From Paraphysomonas bandaiensis (Eukaryota; Protista; Chrysophyceae), in NCBI GenBank assembly GCA_965644295.1, contig CBFFRP010000370.1:1-64000 (forward strand): a DNA stretch of 64,000 nt, read 5' to 3'. The position numbers were made by a program, and so were the translations under genes. This document shows positions 27,159-40,346 of this stretch, in pieces (the first letter of the stretch is position 1; every line of letters begins with the position of its first letter). The notes under the pieces are model-generated. The model worked only from the letters and a program-made list of their open reading frames with translations. It had not been told where the DNA came from and did no database searches.

Positions 27159-27240
27159 CGTTCATACATATATGCAGTATACAGCAGTATATTTCTATAT
27201 GGGAGTCACTCACTAACACTCTTAAGTAACAGTAACTATC

Positions 27241-30200
27241 ATGTACCATTATCACGACAAACGTTCATTATCCCGTCTTGATGGCGGCTCATCTATTGGT
27301 GGTTTATCACATATCAGCATAGATAAAGAGGATCACAGTTACAGTTACAGTGCTATGGATATGGACGGGGCGGGTGATCTGAAACAAAGACTCGACGAAC
27401 TTGAACAGATAACAATGTCATTCCTCGCAGAAAGACCATTAGAACTCACACAATCATCTGATTGTTTTGCTGATATTGATCCAAATAATACACAAGAATT
27501 TGAAATGTTTATATCTGAATTTAGTCATCATGATGTGATGTGTTTGGATGTTATGTGCATTCCTGATAGCTCCAGTGAATCAGATATACGACCGTCTCGT
27601 ATATATGCGAATAAGATGGATCATGAACCACTCGTAGCTACTTTGCGGCCGAAATCAGTGGATATTAACAACCCCGGTAATACAAGTTTCCGAGATCATA
27701 CCAATGCGTCTGGATATACCACTCCCTACCAACCGTCGTACTTTAACGGTGAGTACGAATTTGCTATCACGGCAGCCCATGGCATATCACCCGGTGGGTA
27801 TATTTTGTCGGTTACTAATACTGGCACGCATACACAGTCAGTGCGGGTACACCTTAGTATTAGGCCTTATGTAAATGCAATGCCGGTGCAAAATGGAGAG
27901 ACAGTTATAAAACGCGATGTTCGGTGCGAGTTTACCTACTTCAGATACGTGCTTAAGGAACCCAGTCATATGATTAGCATACGGGTTAAGCCACTGGGAG
28001 GTAATTGTACTATTATTGTCATCACTTTAGCCTTGCCATTACACATGCCCATATTACACGAATGACTGTTATACAATTTCACGATGTACAATGTACTATA
28101 GTGTAATGCATCGTGAAATTATTTAAGTGCATTTAATTATATTGAATATCTGGGTAAAGTTGTAAAACGCTTAATCTAGTTTAGTCTAAGCTAAGTTTTT
28201 TGTTAGACACTGGCAGCGCTAACTGTGACCCGGATTTATACGTGTCAAATAAATATTCTGGCCTGGTGTGCGTTGATACAGAGACGTACCTATGGAGGAG
28301 CACCAAGATTGGGGAAGATCAGGTGTTTTGTTTTGATGTGTGTGTAATGAGATTCTCGTCACAGTTTCTGTAGATTGACATCCATCCTACTCGCGATATC
28401 CTCTCTGGTCGCGGATCGGTCTACATAATTGGCGTCATGGGAGGCAAGGAAAAAACTACCGACTTTTCACTTACCGTGTCCTCGTGTGCCCCTGAAAATT
28501 TAATTGTTTGCTCACTGGACCGTAGCCCTACTGAAATTACAGTGTGGCGAGACAAATATCAGTACTTCGCTTTACCAGTAGACGCCAGTAAACAGGGAAA
28601 AGTAAGTTACTAAAATGTGTTTGGTTTTCCCTTAGATACATGTAATTAAAATATATTTTGCAGATCATAATGAAGCTCACTCCAATCGGTTCATGTGAGG
28701 GAGAGCCTATTGAAACAGGAAGTGAGCCGGAAATTGAGCAACAATTCGGGAGAGGAGTGTACACTGAAGACACTTTGGTTTCCACTGGTCTTTTTGCATC
28801 TTCTGACAGCTTAAGCGAGGGGGGAATTACAATGGCGCAAGCGATATCTAATCAAGTAGCTGAGTTAATTACTCCTAATTTATTGGATGACGTTTTGCTC
28901 TGATAGTTATCTGATATACCGGAGAAAAGCTCTGAGACCTGTGATTTAACGATTCGCAGCGTACCAGCATCTGTTTCTAAAGACACTGGCGTGTTTCCTG
29001 TGGTTTTACTGTCGTCAAGCTGCATGTTCCCCACCGTAAATACGGCAACCTGGAGGGTACGCATATTATGAACTATATGTGGAAATTGTTGGATACAAAT
29101 ATGCATTTATTCATTTATACTCACAGTGTCCATCGTTTTTTCTTTCTCTGTATTTTGGTCATGGTTATGGTGTTGGTACTGATGACACTATGTCTTTATA
29201 CTCACTCAGGCGTCTGCTCTTTCTGGCAACACTACGGTATACATCGAAACTGACGAGTGGAAATACTCGGATTCCGGCATGTGCTACTTCTCTATTATTG
29301 GTGTGACGCCCCCAGGACTATGTTCCCACCCTCAGCTTAGTATACAGTGCACTCTTACCTTCGAAGAGAGGTCCTTCCTGCCATTAGTTATATTGCTGCA
29401 ATACTTAGTCCTTTTTGTATCTATATATAAATATATTTTGTGATGAAATTCGTTCCAATTTCAACACAGCCGAAAGTTTTTCTGACGAGTGTATGCTGGA
29501 TAGGTTAGATGATGAGGAATTGGATGATGAAATGAAATATCGTTACCAGGTAGTAATACGATTGCCTAACGGTGTGTGGTTGGGATAACTCTGTTTTGTT
29601 AGTTGTACAAGGAGATATTTGCGGGAATTGACGGAAATAACATATCGCAGCGAGAAAGGTACAATCGTATTCACATATCCTTATCTCCATTGTTCTGTCT
29701 CTTTTATATCGTCGTATCGTAACAAGTCGCACCGTTTTTTTACAGATCCAAAATTTCGTCGGGAGATATTCAAGCTCTCACATACGGAGAGATTGAATTG
29801 CCAGCATTCACAAAGCTCCTTGATGCCGCTGGTGCTCGGGATGGACATCTATTTGTAGATTTGGTACGTCAGCAGTCGTGCATTATGACTTAGAACTATT
29901 GGTATTTATTATTGTTGTGTACGAGCCTGTTTTTTATGCCCACTGGTGCTGTTTGTGATATTAGATGCGAGTGTATGCTATTGACGTTATAATAAATGAA
30001 TTGACGGTGGACGGTAGGGTGGTGGTGTAGGCAAAACCCTAGTGGCTGCTGCATTTTCAGGAATCAAATTCTTACGGTGCATCGGTATGTATCGTGGCAA
30101 TAGTAATTGTGTGACGGTGTTTGTTGAGGGTTGAGTGTAGTGGTTAATGTAACTATTGGAGTGTGTTTCCATGGTGTTTTGGTGTCATATTTTCTTGTAG

Positions 30201-30888
30201 GGGTTGAAATCCTTCCTGGGTTATGTGAGGCGGCTAGAACTGTTATACAGAACACTAAAGATATTGTGAACATGGCGTCTAAAAAAGGTTTGAATATGAT
30301 TATGAACATGTTTATTTCGCCTTAACTGGCCATTGTGAATTGGTATATGTGTGGTTTTGGTAGAGTACTGTGAATTGCCTTGGTACCTATTGATAGCCGA
30401 TTTGCAGGATCGGAAACCCCGCGTTCTAACACGTACATAGCCTCTCTTGCTCCGAACTTTCCGCTGTTGGAGATTTGGTGAGTTGCGGTGTCGGTGTCGT
30501 GATGCGGTTGATTGATTTTGACGTCATGTATTAATACAGGGAAGGAGATGCCAGTGATGACACATCTCTCGGCATGACGGGTTGGACTGATGCAGACATT
30601 GTGTATGTATCATCAATATGCTTTCCCGATCCACTTTTGCAGGTATATTGTAACGTAAAGACATATTTCATCAATATGCTTGAAGTGAGATTATATATTT
30701 GTCCTCACTGTGTGATTCAGAAACTTGCAACGTTGGGGAGAGCACTGAAGCCTGGATCGAAGTTCATAACTCTCAAACTACCGGAGAATTACTCCCAGCA
30801 TTATGACATTACCCACCAAGGCTGGTATAAAATGAGTTGGGGACGAGTGCTGGTGTACGTGTTGACGAGAAACACAGTAGCAGCATGA
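27241..30888 (+). CDS. Multi-exon protein with C-terminal DOT1-like class I SAM methyltransferase domain
   Basis: Spliced reading gives HLFVDL|GGGVGKTLVAAAFSGIKFLRCI|GVEILPGL (motif I/post-I), EGDA..DADIVYVSSICF, and LKPGSKFITL..YKMSWG. The N-terminal exons are beta-rich (DPDLYVSNK). Start codon uncertain. Confidence 0.75.
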
Positions 30889-31059
30889 TTTATAGGTCAA
30901 TAGTTGTTTGTTTAGTTTGTGATTTGTATTTTCGTCACTTTGCTGGTTAATCCAATGAGGAATGAAAGTAAGTTATATTCTTGTCAAAATATTTAACAAT
31001 CCTGCCCTTCGAAAGTTTAATTGGAACTAACATTTCATTGATTACGCGTCAAACATCAC

Positions 31060-32300
31060 ATTGTATTTAACGTATTCTACAGTACTATCTTAGAGAAACA
31101 TACGTATTCCAACAGGATTGGTTTTAACCACACTCACCATCACAGCACAAAAAACACTGTTGTTATGTACGGAAAAAACGTAACAGTCAATTCGGACTGG
31201 ACTCAAAAGAAGTATGTGAATTCATATGACAGCAGCGGACAACACTCCCAGTGACCTAATCACAGGGCAAAATGATGTGCAGGTAACTTCATTATATCCG
31301 ACTCATTCTTATACTTAAAGATGTCTCCAAAGGAGAGCAGATCCAATACAAAAGAGCGCATAGAGAAGGCTGCACAACGAGCCTAAATAGGGGCTGAGTC
31401 GAAGAAGGTTCAAAAACAGTGGAAGCGGATTGGTTTGAGACATGAATCGTTTCATTTGCCAGATTCAGACCTTCGCAGTCAATATCCAACGTTAGAGCTG
31501 CGAAGGCTAACGCTCCTGAGCATATTTCTTTAGTTTATTACACCTGCACTTGTCACGACAATTGCCCGAGATATAGATCCTGAGCACCTCGTTTTCAACA
31601 AAGGAAACTCTGTGCTGTTCACTGTGAGTAAGATATAACAAGATGCGTGCTATTTGGATTCGTATGTATGGCGAACAATTCGTGTTTACTGGTGTCCAGA
31701 AGAAGGTCCGTCCACTGTGTTCAGGACTGGAATAATACCGAAAAGAGTTCAGAAGAAATTATCCTACGATTACGTCGTTTGGCATACTATTTGCGAAACA
31801 TTCACTGCCAACTTTACGTTTGACAAGCTCTACTCTGAAGATTGAAGTTTAAGAGTATTCGTTGAGGGATTATTAATCCGAAGCAATTCCTGCGTTGACA
31901 CGATTGGTGCAGCACGGAGTTGATATGTGGGGAAAATGGAAGGGGTATAGAACAAAAGAAAGAAGCAAATAGTTGTGCACGCTCATAGGAAAGATGGGAA
32001 GCAACACACAGTATTAAGTAATGCCTACACGAGGCGGACAACCAAGGTCTCGACATCATATATGTATTCCTGTGATTGATGACTATTACAAGCTGTTTTA
32101 TGCCTATGACAAATACAACAAGCAAATCAAACAGAGGGTATGACCACACAGGGATGGTGGCAATGGGCGTTTGGGTGAGGCGGGAGAGCATAATTCGTTT
32201 ATGTTTGGTTGTATAATAGAAAACACTGTCAACGCATATCGTCATATAATGAATGTCGATTCCGAAGATTTTGAGTACTTTGGTTATTGTCAAACTCTAG
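31060..32300 (+). mobile_element. Highly decayed copia-like retroelement remnant
   Basis: A 55-bp segment ending TTCCAACA (31060-31114) recurs at 61222-61276 and looks like an LTR end. Broken frames include 'ADNQG', resembling the copia RNase H DNQ motif. Confidence 0.35.
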
Positions 32301-34169
32301 CAAACGATTTGTATGTGTATGCAAGCACACTCTCTGATAGTACTATTTAGAAGAGTAATACAATAAATTTAATAGATTTGAACGTAAATATATTACTTCT
32401 TATAAGTGTGGTTACTGACTGTGGTTAATGAGTGTGGTTAAGACCAGATGATGGAAATAAAACAATTGAACTTTGCCCATTCCGATAGCATACCCTAGTG
32501 AAGTGCTAGTGTTGACTAAGCTAAGTAACGTATAGATTGTTAATAAAAATCTTAGCGTCTTCTTTGTTATTAGCACTAAAAAAGCTCTAGCTAGATCTAC
32601 ACTATACTTGGATAGCCTATATGAGATTACGAGAAACCCGGGGATTCTTGTCTTTTATAATAAGGAACAAATGCAACAATTGTTCTTCGTAGGTGTAGTG
32701 TACAACTACAAACGTTTCCTAAAGAATAGGAAAAATCTTAAGAAATATAATGACTTGTAGTATATATTATTATATATGATAGAAAACAAGACACTAAAGC
32801 CTACGACTCATTACTTCTCATTTACTAAATAAGTTTGTTAGCCTCTGACTGACTCAGAATATCCAGCATAGATGCTTTGATTTTTTAAAGTAAAATAACA
32901 TATGAACTAGTAGGCCATGCAATAAATAAAGACAAAGTAATTCAGCCGCGCTATCCAATTTTTTGTTAGCTATCCTGCTCCACATCAAGTTTATATTCTA
33001 CGACGTCATAGTTTAGCTGTATCTAGTTACGTTTACGCACTCTCTTGTTGTCTGCGTCGAAAATGGCCAATTACTAAGAGTTAAAGCATGTAAACGTTTA
33101 AAGGATATACTTTATAATATAAAATATATATAAAAGGAAACAAGAAGCCAGTGCGACACATCACCAACATTATTCGGACTTCCTGATAAGAGCAGATGGA
33201 ATTGCCGTCCACACTGTCACGTTTACTACGATGGTATAAACTCGGGCAACAATGTCGAGGTATTACTTCAAGAAACAGAAGGACAGTCATTGGAAGTCGC
33301 AGTTAAAAATAATTGTGGAGAAGTGAAGTCCTATATGTGTGTCCTGTATGTGTATAGTGTATGTGTGTCCTGTATATGTGTACTGTATAAGATACAATCG
33401 TATGTGAAGAACTAACTCATTCTCTTCTTTGGATCGCCTTGTAAGTGTTGTCTTCGTCTCTATCAAGTACTGCCAAGTAGTACCAGGACTCAGAGGCTTC
33501 TACGTGCTCCCATGAGCGGCATGGACGATCAACAAGCCGTCAAAACATTAATCAAGCTTGATGTTTATATCACTATCATTGACTATTCTTCTTATGTTCA
33601 TTGTGGTAATTGATTTCATATGATCTACTTGTATGTTATGGTCATGCTTAGCTTCATAGTGTGGGTATCGGCAGTCAGCATCTTAGTTTTCGGAAATATA
33701 TGGAGGCAAAAATACTCCACGTTACTGAGATATAACTACGGCTGGAATACAGATAATTGTTGTCTCAATATATGAGGCATTTTTGAACAAAAATATACGA
33801 AGGATACCTATACGCTGTGATCCCCTTGTATTTTTCTCTTTTGTCCCTTGTCTGTACTCCGGCTCCAAAAATAATTTTGCTACAAAAAATATTGTTTTGT
33901 CTCACTATAATTACAAAGTGGCCTGGCAAAAAAGACTAGTTTCAGCAAAAATGTCTTCCTGACATATGAAAAGCAAGAATTGGAAATAGTATAGAAGGAC
34001 AAAAAAAGACAGAAATTCAATCCACCATCATCACATTCAAACCTCATTCATTTGCACCACCAACACTCTTACGAACCAACACAACTTCATACCAACACAA
34101 CCAACTTCATACATACAAGCATAGTCTAGTACAGTGAGAAGAATCATCATTAATAAAACACTATAAAAT

Positions 34170-35642
34170 ATGGGGAAAAAATCTAAATCAAAAACTAAAA
34201 AACCCAAACTTATAAAAATTAATCATGAGTTCTTTAAAGCTGCTGAATGTGGGGATACCATCACAGTACAAGCACATATTCATGCTGGAACTGATATAGA
34301 AGCTCATGATGAACATGGTATAACTGTTTTGATTTGTGCTGCTAAAAATGGCCATCATAATATTGTAGAAATGCTTATTCAAGCTGGTGTTAGTGTAGAT
34401 GCTCATAGTAAAGATAAGAAGACTGCCTTAATGGTTGCTACCCAATACGGACATATTGAAACAACGCAAGCACTTCTTGATGCTGGTGCTAGTACAGAAG
34501 CTCAGAATAATCATGGATGGACTGCCTTAATGTTTGCTGCCCGATATAACCACTTAGATATTCTACAACTTCTTCTAGAAAGATCCAACTTAGAAGCTCG
34601 AGAAGAAACTAGCCTTTACCCCTTTGGTGGTATGACCGCATTAATGATTGCTTCCCGATGGGGTCATACAGAAACAGTGAGACTACTTCTACAAGCTGGA
34701 GCAGATATAGAGGCTAGAGACAACAAGGAAAGATTTGCTTTAAGCTATGCTGCCGAACGTGGTCATACAGAAACTGTCTTGGCTTTGCTTAAAGCTGGTG
34801 CTGATATAGATGCTCGAGACAGATGTTATTACAACGAAACCCCTTTAATAATTGCAATCCAAAAGGGACACGTTGATACAGCGAAAGCACTTCTTGCTGC
34901 TGGGGCTAATATAGAAGCTCAAGGCAACGAATTCAGCCAGGGAGTAAATGCGTTAAGGTGTGCAGCTGGCGCTGGCCATCTAGATATTGTACAAGCTCTT
35001 CTTGAGAAAAATGCCCAGATTGAAGCTCTCAGTAAATCTGGTCACAGTGCGTTGATGTTAGCTGCTAGTCGTGGCCATCTCAATGTAGTGCGAGCGCTTC
35101 TTAAGGCAGGAGCTAACGTAGAAACTCAAGGAGGAGCTAACTTTACTGCCTTGATGGAGGCTGCGGGAGAAGGTCACTTCGAGATAGTCGATGCTCTTTT
35201 GAAAGCTGGGGCTGACGTAAATGCTCAAACGACCTATGGTTGGACATCTTTAATGTCTGCGGTAATTCATGGCCACACTAAGACTGTACAGATACTTCTT
35301 GCCGCTGGTGCTGATGTAGAGGCTCAAGATCAGACTGAGCAGATGACTCCTTTGATGTTAGCCGTCAGCAATGGCAACAGTGCATCAATTGTACAAGCAC
35401 TTCTACAGGCCGGGGCTCGACTGGAAACTCAAAATAAATATGGTCAAACTCCCTTGATGCTAGCCCAACGTGCGGGACCGACTAAGATAATACCGCTAGG
35501 CGAGGGAATAGGAATGGCGTTCCCAAGAAAAGAATCTACAGCAATTTTGGATGCTCTTCTTCATGCCCAAGCTAATCCAGCTTCTAGCGCCACTTCTAGG
35601 CCTGCGACAAGTAAAGAGGAATATATGTGCACTATAAGTTAA
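34170..35642 (+). CDS. Ankyrin-repeat protein (~12 repeats) with basic N-terminus and C-terminal CaaX (CTIS)
   Basis: Intronless 490 aa with repeated G-T-A/P-L-M-x-A-A..GH..V..LL..GAD/N. Ends EEYMCTIS*. Confidence 0.93.
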   Translation: MGKKSKSKTKKPKLIKINHEFFKAAECGDTITVQAHIHAGTDIEAHDEHGITVLICAAKNGHHNIVEMLIQAGVSVDAHSKDKKTALMVATQYGHIETTQALLDAGASTEAQNNHGWTALMFAARYNHLDILQLLLERSNLEAREETSLYPFGGMTALMIASRWGHTETVRLLLQAGADIEARDNKERFALSYAAERGHTETVLALLKAGADIDARDRCYYNETPLIIAIQKGHVDTAKALLAAGANIEAQGNEFSQGVNALRCAAGAGHLDIVQALLEKNAQIEALSKSGHSALMLAASRGHLNVVRALLKAGANVETQGGANFTALMEAAGEGHFEIVDALLKAGADVNAQTTYGWTSLMSAVIHGHTKTVQILLAAGADVEAQDQTEQMTPLMLAVSNGNSASIVQALLQAGARLETQNKYGQTPLMLAQRAGPTKIIPLGEGIGMAFPRKESTAILDALLHAQANPASSATSRPATSKEEYMCTIS

Positions 35643-35988
35643 TAAGATAGGAAAAAATTGGGGTTTCGCTGTCTTTGTGTGTGGAATGATAAGTGACTAC
35701 GCTTAAACCTACGATCCTGAAATAGCTTTAATGATTTTCGTTGCCTTTTCATGAGACACCTCGCCTTCTTGTCCCTTCTCATATAACTCATCAAATCTAA
35801 CTAAAAAATGATCATACTGACGGTAACTTAGAACTTAGCGATGTGCTAATAACATCTTGCTCACTTCGGGACACCTTACCTAAGCAAAACATCACAGCCC
35901 CAGCTAAGAAAAGTGCTTTGAAAAAGCTCTATCAAGAGCTCTATCAATAGGAAAAAGAGAAAGAATATAGACCAGCAATCGTATCAAG

Positions 35989-36420
35989 ATGCGAAAGACA
36001 ATAATATACATCGCAGTTAAGATGAGATGGAAGGGGCTTCAGACAACATGGCAGCATCTGATGGGTTCTTGCTTAAGGATCCCTTCTTCGGAGCAGTCGA
36101 TACCTGGTTCTAACAGATTCTGCGGCATTCATGCTTTAAGAAGAGACAAGCACAGGCAAGAACTTTGTATCGCCTGTATATTATGTGAAGCTGTATGCCC
36201 TGCAGTCGCTATCACTGTTGAATCCCAGGAAAGAGAAGACGGATCTCGAGACGCTGTTCTTTATGGAATTGATCTTTTTAAAATTAAAGTTGCCCTGTTG
36301 ATGCTATTGTGCAAACAAAACGTGCTGCTTTTGTCCTTGATAAGCGAGATACCACATCTTAGACAGACCCCTGATTTTAGCTCTTGGTGATCGTTACAAG
36401 CAAGAAGTTCAAGAAGATAG
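35989..36420 (+). pseudogene. nuoI: Bacterial-type NADH:quinone oxidoreductase subunit I pseudogene
   Basis: [38 protein letters not shown]...IDLFK. The second Fe-S motif is deleted; shifted frames continue [10 protein letters not shown] and [11 protein letters not shown]. Confidence 0.9.
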
Positions 36421-36429
36421 AAAGGAGGT

Positions 36430-36850
36430 CGTCCGTGTGCAGAGCACGTCTTGCTTTTATTAGAAGCGCTCAGTGTGTGCTCTTCTATGCTAATGCGTTA
36501 TCAGCCCAACCCAGTGAAGTCAGTTTTTTTCTCATGGCGGTGTTTGTCTTAACAGCAAGTGTTTGGTTCGGCTTGCAGACACATAGTCTGGAAAAAAAAG
36601 CAAGTGGTGATAGCCTCAAGCTCCAGCGTTCTTGATCTAAGTTCTTTATACGCTCGCGACCAGAGTGTTGGCATACTTTAGTGTTGTCAAAGCGTTCCAA
36701 TGAAAGACCAAGCAAGTTCTTTAAAGAATATGCGATTCCTATAGAAATTTCAGGCGTTATTTTACTGCTAGCAATTTGAGTGGTCGTCCTTTCGAAGCAC
36801 CCAGTAAAAAAAGAAGTTTGCACAGAGTCTACAGTAGAGGCGGATCAATA
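36430..36850 (+). pseudogene. nuoJ: Decayed NADH:quinone oxidoreductase subunit J
   Basis: Fragments 'MLMRYQPNPVKSVF/FLMAVFVLTASVWFGLQ' (NPV motif) and 'FFKEYAIPIEISGVILLLAI'; lies directly after nuoI. Confidence 0.7.
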
Positions 36851-36879
36851 AGTAAAAAAAATAGCCTTACGCTTGTGAC

Positions 36880-37015
36880 TCATGTAGATAGAAACTTTGT
36901 GCACACCTAGTAGCAAGCGCTCTTTCTTTACTAGGCGTGATAGTGGTGATGCTAATGCTCTCTAGCCTTCTATTTCTCGTAATGTCTCTAGAGTTGGTGC
37001 TTTTAGTCAGCGCAC
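36880..37015 (+). pseudogene. nuoK: Truncated NADH:quinone oxidoreductase subunit K
   Basis: 'SALSLLGVIVVMLMLSSLLFLVMSLELVLL' matches the NuoK MS[IL]E[LI]ML motif; it breaks off at a T-run. Confidence 0.65.
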
Positions 37016-38581
37016 TTTTTTTTAATTTTATTTAATAATAATTCCAATACCAATAATAATTATCAAATTTATTGCAATATATTGATATATTGATATATAT
37101 TGGGCGCTAAGAAGAAGATATGAGCTCAATCGGTAGTAACTAGTTAGTTGAGGTTACAACCTAATGAAGCTGTGACAGGGAATTTGATTCTATGATATGT
37201 TTCGTTGAAAACGTACTTTATGTGCCACACCAAACTCATATTTGTTGTTGCCTTTTTGTTAAATACTTAATACTACACAATCAGATTAGCTCGTAAAACA
37301 TTTCTACATAAATACTGTATAAAACCCTAGTTTTCCCCAAAATTTCGTAAAATTTCACGTTTACAAATGTTACTTAATAAAACCAGAGGAATGAATCAGA
37401 GCAAAACATGTCATGAGCAGAGAATCAATCCACTGAACTATACTGTCAAAGTAATAATAGCAAAGTAGTTTTTGACTGGCCCTGCTTTACATACATTTAT
37501 CGGCACTTTATGGTAGATATATACATATATACTATGTGTTCTGTATCTAAATATGTTATATTCTACATTCATAGATCAGTATGATTAGTACTCAGGAATG
37601 TGCTGTCTAGAGTAGCAATCTACTGAGGATGGATAACAGGGGCTGGTAACAAGTAATGATACATAACAATTGCGGGGACATATTTGATTTATGGCCATTA
37701 ATTTTGAAGGAATAATATTGATGGATAGCATTGGGCACCCATTAATGGGACATTAACGGCTACCAGTCTATCTACTAAAGGTTATCACATCAGTCTAATA
37801 GTAGATTGCAGGGCTAGGAAACAATATATCGCAATACTATTGTTAGATAACGTTCCATTAATACTATTGATGGAGATTTTAAACAGCCCCCCCAATACTA
37901 TTGCAATACAATGTACTATATATTGCAATATATTAGTATAGCTAATCAGTAAATAAACACATCCGTAGAATCCATTTTTAGTATTAGTCATAAAGCTCAC
38001 ATGATATATAGCAATACAATATATTGGGTTTCCTAGCCCTGGTAGATTGGTATCAATTCTCCATGTGTTGCTGCATCTGTCAAAGTATAGTTTCTCCTAC
38101 CTCTATTAGACCTCAGACACAACTTCCGTATCATCATCCACTTCATCAGCCCATAAAATGGATCTTCCATATGGAAGGAATACTTCTTCATCGCAGACAC
38201 AAAAAGGAGGAACGGAAACACCTCCTTCTTGTGTGTATCGCTATCACTGCCAACGTCCTCCATCTCTCCATTTCATCCTTTCAGCTTCTTTACGATTCCA
38301 GGAGAACTCTAACGTCTTGATGAGCAACTCTCTCATCTGGTTTCGCTAATGTAGGTGTCGGTGCTTTCATTGTTGACCAGTGCTCGTCGTGGTCTTGACA
38401 CTAAGGGTCACCATGCCTGCCAAAGCAATGGCAAGGTTCTGCCAATGCTTGAGACTATAAATCATTGCAACAGGCGCTGTTTATCACGTATATACAGTAA
38501 CTATTTAAATGTGTTTTGCTTGTGGCTGCGATCTTTATATGTAGCTACCTCACACACGGGTTGTTATGTCTACGTACTATC

Positions 38582-38991
38582 TACATACATATACATACAT
38601 ACATACATACATACATACATACATACATACATACATACATACATACATACATACATACATACATACATACATACATACATACATACATACATACATACAT
38701 ACATACATACATACATACATACATACATACATACATACATACATACATACATACATACATACATACATACATACATACATACATACATACATACATACAT
38801 ACATACATACATACATACATACATACATACATACATACATACATACATACATACATACATACATACATACATACATACATACATACATACATACATACAT
38901 ACATACATACATACATACATACATACATACATACATACATACATACATACATACATACATACATACATACATACATACATACATACATACA

Positions 38992-39021
<30 letters not shown>
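38582..39021. repeat. (TACA)n microsatellite
   Basis: ~440-bp perfect run ending ~60 bp before ATG 39081. Confidence 0.99.
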
Positions 39022-39027
<6 letters not shown>

Positions 39028-39080
39028 CGTCTCTCTGGGGTCTCAGTGTCCATGTGTTTCTGGGATAATTCCACCTCAAG

Positions 39081-40346
39081 ATGCCTCTCTATCTCCTTCT
39101 CTTCATATTCCTCTCCTCTTCTCTCCCCCTCATATCTCCCTCCTCCCCACACTGTTCATCATGCAAGTGGCTCTCCTCTTCTCACTCATCTACCCCTCCA
39201 ACCACACACACATATCCCCATCTCGGTCTTATTTACATACATATGAGAAAATCAGGTGGAACAACCTTCTTACGTCTATTCAAGCAATGGATGATTGAAC
39301 ACTCATGTATTGATAGTGCCAATAGAGGCACAGGGTTCTTGGGGTACACGGAGGGTGTGATGCGATCAGATAAGGAGGGCTCATCCAACTGTACTGGTGT
39401 AGATATGAGACACGAAGAGTTTAAGTGTTTAGATCCTCATATATTAAAAGCTTTATTGAAACGAAATGATAGAGAGAATATTCCATTTTCATATTTTACG
39501 ATATTAAGAGATCCAATTGAGAGGATTGGTGGACAAGCTTTCTATGGGAATGCTGTTGGTCATATTGTAACCACTGATATTGCATTAAAGTGGTGTTATG
39601 ATGGCGATATGAGCTTACGAACAAGTATTTCTAGTAAAACCTATCATGATAAATGTCAGAATCCCAGGAAGGCCGACAAAACACTCTGTGAATGTCTGAA
39701 GAATGCATTTGCACATGGTATGAAGATAATGGCCACCAATTCCACTCTATGGTTTGACTGGTTCCGCACAAGTGTTGGATTTCAGGATAACTATATGCCA
39801 AATTATTATACGAGACGACTTGTCACAGGTCGTGCGACAAGTGATCAAATTTCCGCACTTAAGTCAGCTGCTGCATGTATCAAGGGTTCAACTTGTCGTA
39901 CGAATACGAATGTTCTCTCTGGTTTACTTCCGTCTGCCTCCTGCCCTGTACATGGAAGACGCTTGGATAGCAGTGACCTAGAGGCAGCTAAGCGGATTCT
40001 GAAGGAGCAGTTTGATTTCGTTTTTCTAGAGATGTTTCAAGATCCTATATCTGTTCGTATCATAGCGAAAGTGCTGCGAGAACCTTCGCTAGAGCTAGTA
40101 ACGAGATTAGTCTCCGGCCATGCTAACACTGGACTTATAGAAGCAACAATTCCATCTATTACCATTGGTGAAACTGCGAAATCGGGTACAAATAAAAGGA
40201 AGTCACGTCGTACCACTTCTACAATATATCAGCATTTTATGCCACAAGAAGTTGTGGACTTTTTGAGGAAAGATAATGCTGCTGATATTGAATTGTACAA
40301 CTATGCTAAAGAGCTGTTTGAACAGCGGCGAGAAGCTTATACGTAA
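39081..40346 (+). CDS. Golgi-type carbohydrate sulfotransferase (Sulfotransfer_2-like)
   Basis: N-terminal hydrophobic signal/anchor, 5'-PSB YIHMRKSGGTT, 3'-PB FTILRDPIER and C-terminal DNAADIELYNYA; intronless. Confidence 0.85.
   Translation: MPLYLLLFIFLSSSLPLISPSSPHCSSCKWLSSSHSSTPPTTHTYPHLGLIYIHMRKSGGTTFLRLFKQWMIEHSCIDSANRGTGFLGYTEGVMRSDKEGSSNCTGVDMRHEEFKCLDPHILKALLKRNDRENIPFSYFTILRDPIERIGGQAFYGNAVGHIVTTDIALKWCYDGDMSLRTSISSKTYHDKCQNPRKADKTLCECLKNAFAHGMKIMATNSTLWFDWFRTSVGFQDNYMPNYYTRRLVTGRATSDQISALKSAAACIKGSTCRTNTNVLSGLLPSASCPVHGRRLDSSDLEAAKRILKEQFDFVFLEMFQDPISVRIIAKVLREPSLELVTRLVSGHANTGLIEATIPSITIGETAKSGTNKRKSRRTTSTIYQHFMPQEVVDFLRKDNAADIELYNYAKELFEQRREAYT

Noticed and set aside
35989-37015. 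NUMT origin of the nuo fragments
   Set aside because: nuoI is almost never mitochondrially encoded; the I-J-K order and IDLFK motif fit a bacterial operon.
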